Assembly: GCA_051362555.1 (NCBI GenBank)
Contig: CM120641.1
Coordinates: forward strand, 10,292,001 to 10,356,000
Origin: Lingula anatina
Lineage: Eukaryota; Animalia; Brachiopoda
DNA length: 64,000 bases
Direction of reading: 5' to 3'
The notes below the pieces were generated by a model. The model made no database searches. It was not told the DNA's origin and saw only the letters and a program-made list of their open reading frames with translations. Of the stretch, positions 1-14,000 are shown piece by piece; within the stretch, counting starts at the first letter, position 1; each line of letters begins with the position of its first letter. The position numbers and the translations under genes were made by a program.

Positions 1-3000
1 ATAATCAGATATTTCTCTTCCTTTAACTTGGAGAAAACCAAAAAACTGCTTCCCCAAAATACTGCATTAACTTCCTGTGCTGTGTGTTAATTAAAATCAA
101 CCGACATTTTCCAATTAACTGTTTGCATAGAGGAAATCTTTGATTTTAATTAAAGAGGAGAGTGATATGGCAGAGTCATCATTTATTAGTACACAGATCA
201 CAAACTCTTGGGAATTTTCTGTACAATTTTTTTTTTTTTCATCAAAATGCTTTGATTAAAAATTCACTGTCCTGTTTCTGAACATGTTCACTAAACATTG
301 TGTTGTTGAGTGGAATGGATCTTCCCCAGAGTGTGTTAAGTATTGCACTTTATTTGGGCTTTTTCTCATTTTTTTTGACTGGGTGTATATACTGTATGTG
401 TGCAAAATATATGATACCCTGGGACCTAATATCTGATGAATAAACTAGAGTTAGGCGACAACGGTTAGAGGTGTTGTGTACTGTAGGATAAGATTAGCAG
501 GTGTATGAAGTACAGGGTAATCTTAAACTTTCTGCACTCATTTACATTAAGTTTCCATACTCTGTCATGCAGATTTTCAAATGCGTTCCTTTTCTCACTA
601 TATCAGTGTTCATTAAATTAATTAAACCATTTTAGTTTAAAAGCAGAACCTCTTAGAATGACATGCTGTAAAATTATTTTTATAAAGTCTCACCAAATGT
701 GAAAAAAAGTTTGCATTTGTGGGTTTTATCATTGCTTTTAATCTAAAGGGCATGCTTATGTAATCATCAACATAAAGGTAGATTAGATACAAATTTAGGT
801 AGGTATGTTGTTTGTGGTTGCCCTGTTTTATGACACCAAGACATGACTAATCTGGAATCAAAGATGTGTTTGAAATTTAATCAGAATCTCTAATCAAATA
901 TTCAAAATGTGCAATTATCAAGTTTTATCACACTTTTTGCACTTGGTGCGTTGATTGTATTTAACATGTAAATGTATGGCTGCATAGCCCATGCCTGTAA
1001 GTTAACATTAGGATAAAAGTTGGGTTTTATGCCTGATTAGGCCTTGAGTCATTTTCTTCAATTTGTTTCTGTGGAAAGAATAAAAAAACAACTGCACTCT
1101 AATTAGTCTCCAGCTAAAGTTTTAGGTTTTGATCAATTGGAAGCTTGATGAATCATTATGCTGATCAATATGCTAGCTTTTGTTTGAGAGAAACGGAAGG
1201 ACCATGTATTTGCATATAGGATTTTATTAGCATCCACTGCTATTGTCTCCATCAAGTGAAAGAGAGAGTTAATTGATACTCCGTGACAGTTTGTAAAGTG
1301 AATTTGTAAGCCGTAGTTAAACATTTTACTCTTTGAAATTCTATTCCTTTAATTATGAGCTCCATTGTGTGTAGTTACTTAAATATTTAACATCAAAGAA
1401 AAATTTGTCATTGTCCTGGGCTAATGTTAGCATCCTAAGAATCTCAGCAACTCTTGTCTTTCTTTGAGACCTACAAACTTTGTCTGAATTTCGTTTGCCT
1501 CTTGGGCCTTTTTTTTTTGTTTTCAAATGTACGACTTGTGGCCGTTTACAAGAACGTGCTTGAACTGGTGATACTTGCATAATGGATGTACTAGCCAATT
1601 GGAAGTTCACTTGTATCAACTGTATGTGTCAAAAAAAAGACAACAAAAAAAAGACATCCCTCTTTTTTTGTTGGGTAACATTATTTGCCTTCAGGGAGAA
1701 TTCTTACTATGGTTTCTTCTATTCTGTAATGATGTTTAGAAACCAGTAAACAGGAACCTTTCCATTGCTTTTCCTTCCTGATATCAAATAGAGGGGTGAG
1801 GTTAAAAAAATAGCGAAACATTCTGTTCAAACAGCTGGGCAGATTGGAGGCTGGTATGATTTCACTGTTCTGCAAGTTAGCCTGCAAACACGCTCAGGTT
1901 TAATTATCTCGGCTTATTTATTCTATATTCTTTCAGCAGCAGGGAAGTAAAACTGGTATAAAATTAGCAGAAAGAAGTCATCACAGCTGGCTGTAGGCTA
2001 GAAGCTGTTGATGTTAATGTAGTTGATGGATTTTGTTCAGAGTACTAGAACTCTGTCAACCAGCATTAATTATAAGTGATCAGTCATTAGAGAATGTTTT
2101 TGAGATAGCAACTTTGCTTCAATTAATCTTTAGGGAAAATCTTTTTATACAGTGCAAAAGAATTATGAGGCAAGGTGATGCAATTGTGTTTTATCGGCTT
2201 TGATAATTACCATAATTAAAGGCCTTTGGAAAGTGTTACTCAAATTATTTCCATTATATTACATTAAAATTAACATCTATAATCTGTTTTATCATGCAAT
2301 CTATGAAAAGCCTTTTAATAATTTAGCCGATTAGTCATCTCTTTCCTCTACCAATATAAAATTAACAGGAAAAAATCCTGAATCCAAAATTTTACTGCGC
2401 CCTCCAGTTTTCTTTCAGTGTCTGTTTATCTAAAGATCAGAACAAATGTGAGGCATTATACCTGTGAATGATTTTAAAGTGGAATGAAATATATAACATT
2501 TTAAAGATTTTTATAATTTATTATCATTTAATGTACATAACATTTGGATGAGCGTAAATGCTAACAAAAGCACATTTATTGCCTCTCTTTCATATTTTGG
2601 TATTTGGTACTAATAGAAAACCAGTATGCCTTACCAAAAAATTATTCTTGAAAATATGAGTGTACATTTTTTATTGGTTTTTAAATATCGTATTATTTTA
2701 TTTCCAGTCACCAGAACCATACTCGCACTAAGCCTAAGCAAAAGAACAGCTGATAAGGAACAGAGGATATTTTGTTTTACATTCAACTAAAATGATAATA
2801 AATTGTGTCTGTTTACACATTTTACTTGTTGGTTGTCTTAGTATGTATATGTTAACTGAACTTGGGAGTCATTTAACTATGAACACTTCCTTAGATATGA
2901 GAAATGTTTTAATTAAGTGTAATTTAAGTAATTTAATTGTTGTTATTATTATCATTATTATTCAAAGGCACAAAGGGCTTTTTTTTTTCAAAATGTAGTC

Positions 3001-3795
3001 CTTTTTTATTATTGATTAACATTATATGATAAACAGAAGCTGAGATATATGAAAACATTTAAGTTTTAAGATCATGACTACTCTTACACTTCTGAGAGGT
3101 GGTATTGATTATTAGACAGGATGTTCAAAATTTAAATACTGACATGGACAACATGTTTAGTTACAGTTTTTCTGTTAATTAATGAATGTTATAGGTAAAA
3201 TTGATATTCAGCAGTAAGGAAAAATATGTAATGTGCAACCAAAATATCTTTTGGAGTATTAAGCACCAATAATTTTAGCTTTATGCCTTTTACTTAGATT
3301 ATATTGTAAGGAATTCATAAGTAATGCACATTATTTGTACATCTGTTTCTTATGCTTTTACTTTATGACTTTATTAGATTATATACCAGCATTTATTATT
3401 TAAAAGGTAATTACAGTGCTTTCATGATACTGTGATGCCTTTTCATTTTTATGTGGAATTAAATTCCCCTTAATATTAGATATTTCATTTAAAATGTCAA
3501 AATTGTCTTGTCAAAATTTACTTCATGCTTAATTTTGAATTGCTTTATAGTGGATTGATGGTATTCAATTAATTGATATTAATGACGTTATGTGAAAAAC
3601 TAGGCTTGAATTAACTTAATTACCTGTTGCAATATTTAGTGAGAAAGAACTTATGCAAGTCAATCAGGTGTGAATGCACAGTGTCAGCCTCAGTAAAGGT
3701 ATTGTAATTGAAGAAATCCTACTGCTTTAACAATAATCTCTGCTGACTATGTCAGACATGAGCCTAGGACTGGGTTCCCATGCCTAGATCGATCC

Positions 3796-3996
3796 ATCTG
3801 GATCAGTCTAACTTCCTGGGGAATCTCACTAAATTGCTATCAACTAACCAGCTTAAATGTCTGTCACGCCTACCGAATCAGCTGGGGGGTAAAGATAATT
3901 ACCCCCTAACAGCTTTACTAGGCGTGACAGACATTTAAGCTGGTTAAGTTGATAGCAATTTAGTGAGACTTAACAGGGAGATAGATCAATCCAAAT
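3796..3996. repeat. ~200-bp foldback/hairpin (palindromic MITE-like)
   Basis: Arms 3824-3872 and 3919-3968 are reverse complements with one bulge. An inner GGGGGTAA/TTACCCCC stem and a degenerate outer extension are also present. Confidence 0.85.
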
Positions 3997-5323
3997 ATCT
4001 GTGGGAATGGTCCCTATGTTTAAAAAAAAACTGAACATTTATCATGTGACCCAACACCTACCCTTGATGAATCTCAGGAACCATCAGAATTGAATTTAAA
4101 AACGCAAAATTCCGCTTTTCCACAGAAAAAGCTCATGTCTACACTATATACTGAACATTCAAGTGCACCAAACCAGTAAAGTGGTATGTTAGATTAATAA
4201 ACATGTGAATTTGTGAAATGGATAGAGATCAATTAAAAAATTATTTTTCTAAATCCAGTGGTTTAGCATGAGTAGCCATGGTATCCATCCTTTTCTTTAA
4301 CACAAAATTGATTATTTTTACTACTAATTGGCAAGAGGTACTGTTTGTTAATATACAAAGAAGCTAAGGGTATTCTTGTTGCACTGATAAGTTAGATTAC
4401 AATATACACATACTTTCATTCATTTGTTTTCAAAGGGATCATTTTTTTTTAAAATTATTCATGTTTGTATTGAGGCATTGTAGCATGTTGCGAGGCAGTA
4501 AGTGTTTATTGTTTTAACGTACTATTTATTAATTTCTTATAGATGGATGTTGCTGAGGTAGAGGTTAGGGTAGTAACAGAAACATACCAAAAATATCATC
4601 AAAATACATTTTAAAAGGCACTTTGAGGCAATAAATTAACATCTCTAGTTATATTTTAAATCATGATAAAACACTTTTTAGTGGCTACTGTTTATTTACC
4701 AGGTAGCTGTGTGAGTAAAAAAAAACCAGTAGATTTTTTATCAAATATTTTGTGTTTTTGCCCTCTAGTTATTCTTAACTTTGGTTTGACATGCTATAAT
4801 TTTATCTGGATAAATGCACAAGTAGGTTATAAGAATGGTTTTAATGATATTTATCATGATATTTTAGACTTAATTTTAACGTTATTACAATAAAAGCAAA
4901 AAAAAAACATTTTCTTGTTATCTTTGCCTTGTTCTATGAAAGAAAGTAAAGATTATAAGTACATATATAATTGGCACATTGGTGCTATGAAAATGCATCC
5001 TTTACATACAGAATAAACATATATATGGTTGTTTTCTGTATAACCTACCAAAAACCCAATTTTCATCTGCAGTTTTGATTTTAGGGAATTTTAACAATCT
5101 TGATTAAGAACAAGTGATTTAATGGCATGGGCTTTTTGATTCAAAACAAACAACCTGTTTGGGAGGGGAGCATATTAGATAACTACATCAGATCACATTA
5201 TCAACCAATGCATAGAGACATGTTGACTGTGTTGCCTCTTTTGTACACCTCTGATCATTCAAATTTGCCATACAATCTGCTCAAGAAAGTGTCTTTTAAC
5301 TTAAGTTTAGACGGAGCCACTTT

Positions 5324-5533
5324 AATCAGCTGATTGCATCCTGAGCAGTTGAGACAGACAGGTAGAAGTGAAAAATTGCTCACTGATTGCAATCAGCTGA
5401 TTGCATCCTGAGCAGTTGAGACAGACAGGTAGATGTGAAAAATTGCTCACTGATTGCAATCAGCCAATTTCATCCCGAGCAGTTGAGACAGGCAGGTAGA
5501 AATGAAAAATTGCTCACTGATTGCAATCAGCTG
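5324..5533. repeat. tandem repeat, 3 x 67 bp
   Basis: Unit aatcagctgattgcatcctgagcagttgagacag...ctcactgattgc starts at 5324, 5391 and 5458, with a partial copy at 5525. Confidence 0.95.
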
Positions 5534-7699
5534 GTATTGACAAAAAAACTGTACACCTTCCACTTTGCATGGAATTTAACGGAGCTTATTCATGTTCTAC
5601 ATTGATTTTGACATGGGTCAAAACTTGTTTCTTTACCAATGAAATCAGAGAAATTCCTCTTGGTCACGTACTATGTCTATGGGGGCAGACTTCTCTGAAT
5701 AGGCAGCTTTATAATGAATTATCATCAAAGGAGTATTTAGAGGGGTCGGCAACCCAGGTACATAATGATTCCATCTGGTCAAGCCAAATTCAAGTGCAAA
5801 ATGTGAAAACTTCCTTTAAAAGATTGTAATTTGAGCTTCGCACATCATTACTCTGTGGTGTTTCTGTTCACCATGTGTGTTTGATGTCACTCAAGAGGTT
5901 TGATGGGAAACTAAGGTTCTGGGAAATGTTGACTTTGCTGTAGAGAGTTCTTATTGTGTCTTGATTATTGAAGTGTTTGTGAAGAAGTGTTATACAAAAC
6001 ACAGCAGCTTCATGTCTGCAGACCATCTGTACATATCCAAATAGAAAATGTTCTCAGATTATTATGTGAGAGAAAATTTATGGTTGTAATACTCTAGTAT
6101 ATTATAACTCCACAAGTCATCAATAGATGCAACCTGGAAAATACCTAAAAATGATAGTATACTTCCAACAAATGTTTTGCCCCAATTATAAACAAATATT
6201 AAACTTGATTAACAAAGGAAGAATCTATAGACCAAGTCGTTAATTGATTAATTTCTGCAGAACTGAGTCCTCTACAGAAACCAGACTTATTCATCAGTTG
6301 TCACAATATTGCTTCATCCAATGAATCAAAAATGAATCATGTTTTTAACATTATGTCAGGAAACATAATTTTTCCTCCAGCAGCATGAAATTGTATTATC
6401 TTGTCATCTGCCTGCCATCCATACAGATGGCTGTGGCATCCAGTGCCCATTGAACTCTAATTGGTAGCCATTGTCTTGGGGCAAAGAAGGCACCGGCAGA
6501 CGCTCTGCAATAAAAGGGAATGAGTGATTGCCTTGAAATATGAGGCATATCTGCCCTGAAGGCAAAATGATTATTTTTTAAATTTATTTATTTGCATAAT
6601 ATATTTTTAATTTCACATTATGACTATATTGATTTGCTTTCAAAGATGTTTTTAAGTAAATTAAAAAAATTCTTTAGAATGAGAATCTTCTGCATCTAAG
6701 AAATGTCATATCATTCTGAATAGATGTTCTGACTAGTCATCTGTAGACAACTTATTCTTTAGAGAATAAAGCAGTAGACATACTATTACAATTAGACCCT
6801 AAGTGTCCCATTAACTGTAGTGCTTTATTGATCATTTCATGTTTAAGTGTTTTAACATCGTTGGACAAAGAGTCAGGAAACTGATACCCTATTATCCCTT
6901 TCTTTTCATACCAAAAATCATTTCAAAAAAATAAAAATTATAAATAGTACTTTTGCATGATGTCTGCTTGAAACAACTGGCATCCATGTGATAACAGATT
7001 TGGTCAATTTAATTCATTAAAAGCCATGACATTGTAATCTTACTGATTTATTAATATGTGTTAATTGGTGAACAAAGAACTTTTTAAGAACAAAGAACAA
7101 AAAAAAACTTGAAAATGCACTGTTCAGTTTAATGCAAATAAATCATGTTAGACCAACATTTGTTCATCACGTTTTTTTTTTAATCATTATTATCATTATT
7201 CATTATCATACATCTTGTCAATTTTGTAAATTCATCTGTCCAAGTACAAGAACATTATGAAAAAAATTTAGCTTCAAAAATATTAACCATATAACAATTT
7301 CTTTAAATGTTATATGGACGATTTTATCTCCCAAGTGCCCGAGCTTTTGTGCTATACAATAGAACGGGAGGAGGCTTTTTTTTTTTTTTTTTTTTAGTAA
7401 TAAAAATAAACTACACAGCAATAGCACCAATAAATTGACAAATCAAACAATTGTTGTAGAGTCTCGTACAAAGCTCACGAAACTTGTTCAAATCATTTCC
7501 ATTCAGCGTTTTCCAAAATTTCTCTTCTTTTTTATTGACAGCCATTTAGTTGTACAAACAGCCAGCTCCTTAACCAAGATTTCCAAAACATCCACATTTG
7601 TTTAGTCCGTATGTCTTCAAGCTTGGTTTTGGTTTAATTATAACTGTGATAAAAATTCTGTTCCTAAACCCCACTTTCTTTTCCATTTGCCATGTATGA

Positions 7700-7966
7700 T
7701 GTTTATTTTCTTCACCAACGTGCTCTACACAGAAGATTGACATTTATGCAAATAAGATAGCTAAATAAGGCGCTTGACCCCCAGCCTCGATTTGGGATAC
7801 ACACTAAACAAGAAACATGATGGCGAGCGGCTGAACGGAGTTTACGTGCATTTGGCGTGGAATTCAAGCATTTTCTAGGATTTCTACTTGGACTTAATTT
7901 TACAGATGAACTTATGAAAGATATAATAATCTTAAAGTGCCAAATCTTGGACAATTAGGACTTACT
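7700..7966 (+). promoter_or_regulatory. CpG-enriched promoter/5'-UTR region of neogenin exon 1
   Basis: Local CpG enrichment in CpG-poor DNA, octamer ATGCAAAT at 7746-7753, short uORFs (ATG ATG GCG AGC GGC TGA from 7816). Confidence 0.5.
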
Positions 7967-8051
7967 ATGGCTAGAAATCGGCCTCGGAAACGATGGGGTT
8001 TACCGTCCCTTGCGTCAGTGCTTTTACTCGGCCTACTGCAGTCAGCATTGG
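7967..8051 (+). CDS. NEO1: neogenin exon 1, signal peptide [28 protein letters not shown](G)
   Basis: ATG at 7967, basic n-region plus hydrophobic core, consensus donor G|GTAAGT in phase 1 matching the phase-1 acceptor at 30356, in a locally CpG-rich patch. Confidence 0.8.
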
Positions 8052-11000
8052 GTAAGTTTTCAATTTCCATCGTTCTTTGATTTTTGCCATATCTTTAAGG
8101 AATGCAATGCGTTTAAAACTTCAGGCACTCAAGATTCAAATGGTACATTTCCAGCACAGGTGGAACACTTTGGGAAATGAATCTTAGATTTATCATGCAC
8201 TTTTGGCCTAGGATTCGGAACATTTGAAAAGAATGCTCTATTGTTCGAAAGGTGATTGCAGAGGGCAAGCCTGTAAGTGCATACACCTGGCTTTTAGATC
8301 AGTCTCCAAGTGGGGGAATGCTCTATCGCTATCCAAAATTTTCTTTTCATTTACACAGATGCATTGGTGTTAAATATTGTGTGATCCATATATCAAAGCG
8401 CATGTTGATGTTTAAGAAATGCAGCCTTTAAATACGTGAATAAATACAGGAGCTATTACGTTCTGATCTGGCTCAACCAAACAATGTGAAAAAAGTTCCC
8501 TTCATTAAATTATGTGGCAAGCATACTTAATAATTGAATAGCTATTTCCAAATCATGGTATTAAAGTAATTACAATTAAGAATGGAAATGAATTTTAATG
8601 ACCACAATAGTAGCTCATATTGACCTGATATTTTAATAAAATAATAACCTTACCAGCAGTGTTCATTAAAAACCAATTATACCTTATGAAGTTTGAAGTA
8701 GTATCATCATGCATTTTTTTTTTAGTTGCTTTTGCTTTTTTTGTTTCCTTTTATATTCCCAATTTTATAGAAATGTTTGGTAAAATAAAAGACCACAACT
8801 GTCCTTATTAATTCTTTTTGATGAATATTTTCCTAGTCCTTTGATTTATTAATCAAGATCAAAGATGTTGCTTTAAAATTTCATGTAACTATTCAATCAT
8901 TCAGCTACCTCATGCTGTGCAAATGCAGACTCACTTCTTTGAAGGCTGGGATAATATATTACTTCTACCCATTCTTCTGGGAATACCCAATCGGTTTAAT
9001 TTCTAGATACTTGTAACATCACTCACTTTGCTTGAATCTCAATAATTGGAAATGTCTCAAAGGTTCTTCGTCCATATTGTTAGGACTAACTCAGAAACAA
9101 AGACGAATACCTCAAAGATAAAGCTATAGATCTTTTATAGTATATCTACTTTGGCATTGTGCTATTAGATTTATGAAAAGTATTCCACCCCAAAGCTTAA
9201 GATCTTTAAATATCTTCTCCAGTATGGTCTCTTGTGTGCCACATCCTTCATTCACTCTTATTAATTTCCATAATGGCCTGCCATAAAGATGGGCATTGTT
9301 GCACATTACACAAGTAATTACAAATGCCTTTAATTTCACAAGGCTCCACACAGTATAAGAACTAGTTTTCTTATGCCATGAATGCAATTAACCATTTTGT
9401 ACTGTGCACATGAATATTCAGTGTCATGTCTGGTACAATTAGAACTGTCCTGCCACATGCTGAGCCATGAGGATAGTAATTCAGTGACAAAGTTGTCTTG
9501 TTGGTAGTGTAATTGGGTTGATGTACTGGTCTCAAGCCCGGCTGTATCATCCTGACTGTCCCCTTGGGGGAGTAATCAAATTATTTGCCAGTACATTGAG
9601 GAATTCTAATTTTAAGTTTCCTCTTTAGTGTCAACATTACTTAAAGAATCTAATTGAAGGTGAAGGTGCAAGAAGCTAGTTTAAGTCAGTTTTGACCATT
9701 TGGGCAGGGAGAGTGGGGTCACCTGTGGTAGTTTTCATTCAGCAAATTTAGCCTTCTCACCTAACTTCTTATCTTCAAAGTCCAAATTTTTTCTTTGATC
9801 CAATCTGATGACCCTTTATGACTATACTGGACTATAATTTAATGATTACACATCTGAGTAACTTAGTCTGCATAATATATGTTTGCTGGGACCCTAGAAA
9901 TGACCATACTGTATTCATTTTATGCGGCCACAAATTTGATGCTCCTGGTCAGAGATTTATGTGCACTTAAAATGGTTGCTAGAGCACAGAAGTTGAACCA
10001 CTTATAAAGGTGTTGAATGATTACTAGATGGCAAAAACATTATACAGTCCATAAATTTGGCCGAAAATCATTCAAGCCAGAAGTCCTGGGTCAAGCAATA
10101 TGCTGACCCTTTGGTTTGTCTCAGTGACCTTTTATAACAATTACATATAGAGTTGTCTTGAGTGCCTGGTAATTTAAGAAGTGAAACTTAGCAAATGATG
10201 GGGAAGAGGTTTGTCAAAGCCCCAACAAATAGAGGCAAGACTGGGTAAACAAGATGTTGCTGGAGGTGTGCTGTAGCCATTCGGTCCCTCTGTTAGCATC
10301 AGCAATTCCTAATCTTCTTCTCAATGCAGCAGTGTTTGTCCATGGCTCTACATTCCATACAACTTGGCTGATCTGATGCTTATCTGGGGGTCTGGAGAGC
10401 TGTCCAAAATGCTACAAGGCAACATTTTCAAAAAGCTAGCAGACAGAGGAGAACTCCAATTGATTGTTAGTACTTAGTCAAAGCAATAGTGCAGACTAAA
10501 CTAATTTTCCTCCTCATAGTTATTTGATTTCACGTGTTAGGCCACAGTCTGCTAACGTTAACAAGAGAACAGTAAATGTAAACTTGTTTAATCAAATTGC
10601 TTGCTAGAGGTGGTTTTTCTTGAATTATGTTCATTATTTTTAACAGAGTTCCAGTTACTTGTGAATAGCATTACATCACAGACAAAGACAGATTAATAAA
10701 AGTCATCAAACTGCTAATGACTTTAATTGTGTGACTTCAACATATTTGGCAATACATGTTTGCTTATATTTCCCCATAGATACACACAAGCTATAGAGTA
10801 GAGTCTGACCCTGTCTTGCGGCTCGTATAGTGTAATACTTTGTCCCAAATGTACGTATTGAAAATCATTGATCTGTGCCTCTGTGGAGTCCCATTCACTG
10901 GGGTTGTACAATGGTCATCCTACTGGGATTTATCCATATGAAAAATGAGACATAGGCACCAAGAGTATGGAGATACTAGCAGCACAATATCAGTGGGATT

Positions 11001-14000
11001 ATTTCTTTGTGTTAAATTGATATGGATTCATTAATTATTTGTTATTATTTGTTACTTTTAAAAGAGTTGCTCTTTATATGGATGTGTTACAACTGTCAGG
11101 CTTGTATTGGCAAAAATCATTTCTGAATGCTGCATTTATTCAGGGTTCTGCAGAAACATCTTGAGTAATAACACCCAAGGCAGCCAGAAGATGTTATTCA
11201 TGATTCAGTAAACAAAAAATCTGTGGATACATGGAAGGCAAATGCACCTTCATTCCACTTGAACTAACATACTAGTGAGTCTTATTTTTGCACCTTGAGG
11301 TGGGGACTTTTCTTGTTACAAGGAATGTTTTAGTTGGAGCTTAGGTAAACCTAACTTTCAGTGACCTATCCCAATAGGCATTTTGATCTCTTTTAACTCA
11401 TCACGGGGAGTAAATCTAATCTTTCTGTTGTCATTGCAGTTCAGGTAATTCTCTTTGCTGCAGATAGACTCCCTGGTAAAGTAATTGAAAACAGGCAGCT
11501 AGCTGAAATGAGTTGAGCTAAGTTAGGTCAACCTATCCCCACTGAAAACAGGCCTCCGGAGCATCTTACATTGCCTGGTTCAGAGCCGATTGATCTTTCT
11601 TCAGAATAAAACAGATTTCTGACTTGGCACCTAACCTTAGAATCTGCATCGATTTAAAATGTGGCTGCATGAGGAGGGATGGCTTTGAATTGGATAATCA
11701 TAACTAAAAAAAAGAAAAGTCAATAAATGTATTTGTGTTAAGTAACTGGTAACTGACTGATATAGATACACAGCAAAACTTCATAACAATCTTTCTGTGG
11801 ATGTGGCGTTCATGTGACTCATATATGTCCTGAACCAAAAAAAAACTAGAACCTTGTTGTGAAGTAATAATGGCCAAGAATTTATGGCAACCTTTTCCGT
11901 GCATATAGCTGTGATAACTCATCCTCAGGTTTTTTATGATATGACAGTACGTCATTACAGGTCACCTCATTGTGTAAAATTCACCCACTTTTCCCCAGAT
12001 ACATCATTCATGACAGTGCAACTGTCAAGGACTGGTTATGTTTTTAATTGTTTTGATAGACTTTCACCTCCTGCTATAAATCTGTGGGAATATTTATATG
12101 TTTCCCTCATGGGAGGGTCTCTAAAGAAAGGCCAGTCTCATTTTTGAGCTTCACATTTGAACCTCCTTGCCATTTCTCATTACGTTCAGTGGTTAGCTTT
12201 CGGTTGTGTTTTTACCAGACTGTGTCATTAATTCCACCTTTTTCTCCCTCTTTGTAGATGTTTTTCTACATCTATGGGGTGTCTGCTACTTAACCCTCAG
12301 TAGATGTATTACTACAGTTGGATGTGAAAGCCATTCTCTTTTCCAGTTGACAAACTATCGGTAATGATTGTATTTTCTGGCCACTCAGGCTCACTCCCAG
12401 CATGTGGGTTGGGCCCTGAGCCTCCGCCCTATTGATGCCAAGGATTACTCTGACATTTACCACAGTTCATAGTACCTGACAGTTAGGCTCATTATGACCA
12501 GACTACCTGGGGGGACAGCTAAGCCATTAGTGGTGGCTTTCTCACCTTCTTGGAGCAAAAGAGACATTGCTCTGACCAGTGGTAAAAATGGACAGATGTT
12601 TACATTCTTGGTCAGGTAGTCCCAAGTGACCGATCCTGGTCTTTGGAATGCTGTTTAAGAGTCCTTTTTTATTCAGTATTGGGGTTATGGGTTCAGGTGA
12701 TGTACAGTACTCCTGTTGTTTAATGAAAGAGTAATGGGTTCGGGCGCCCACCGTTGTTTAAATTTGTGAAATTAGAGAATATAAGAAGTACATGTCAGCT
12801 TTTAAAACATACAAAGAATATAGGATATGTTGAAATCTGTTGACATGGCCCTAATGCAAAATTGACCTGAAGTATTTGTCAGTCGGGATATGTTGAATTG
12901 GGAGATGTAACAGGATTTAGAGTGGAGTGCAGGCTCAGGGGCAGTTGGTTTAAATGCTTTTTATCGCAATAAAAATGGGCTTTGTTTTACAGGGGAAGTC
13001 GTGCTGGCGACTTGGCAGCACTCACTTTCTGTATAATTTCCTTGGCTGTGCAAATGGGCAAACAAAAGGGGTTAATGCGTGAACAAAGCACCTCATTCAC
13101 CCTGTGGCCTGCAAATGTAGAACATGTCAGCATTTCCTTGTAATTGCTCCTTCAATTTAACTGATCCAGGTTTTCAAATATTTAGCCTTACCCCACACTT
13201 TGCTACCTGGACAAACACAGGTAATGCCATCAAAGTTTCCTATTCAAGCAGAAAAGCACAGTAAACAATTGTCACAGGTGGGCTGAATGGAGGGCAAACA
13301 AACACTAATATTGACAGTCATTTGTTGGCCTTTTTGAAATTTGATTATAATAATTTCATTAAATTGTATTTTGGGTCTAGTGGGTAGCAGGTTGTCGCCA
13401 TGCTCTATTGTGGTTTAGCATTACAGGTCCCAAAGTAAAGGCTACTCTGCCTGCAAAGTGTCTGCAAAGTGCATTGAAAACTCTGTTGTTGTTGTATCAG
13501 GCATGTCTATAGCTCCTACCAAATTGATTCGTGCTTTCTAAAAAAGAGACCGGTAGAGTTAAAAGATAAATTTCATTGTCAATTTATTTTCAATTACAAG
13601 AGACTTTGTGGCAACCTGTTCAGATTAAGAAAAAAATTTACCAAGATACCAAAGATTTCTTTCCCACATGAGTATTGATGGGCATGGGTTCATTAAAGGC
13701 CCACTTGTCTTGTGGGTAATATTCAATTAGTCTTCTAAAGAAGCAATAAAGGCTGTATCCATCATAATATTCAAGCCATCCTGTTTAAGAACCAACCAAT
13801 GTCATCAATTTAGGTTTCAAAAGGCATTCAGTAGTCTCTGAAATAATGGAGGCAGGCTCTTGTCTTATATAAATGATACATCTGTCTTTGGTTTATAATG
13901 AATCAGCTAAGATGTTCTAATTTCTAGGTGATTTTTGGAATAGGTTAAATGGTCTGCCAAGATCAATACAGTATTGGACCATCTGTAAGGTAATTGTGTA

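Noticed and set aside
5324-5533. CRISPR-like array
   Set aside because: Units are contiguous near-identical 67-mers with no unique spacers, in a eukaryotic context with no cas genes.
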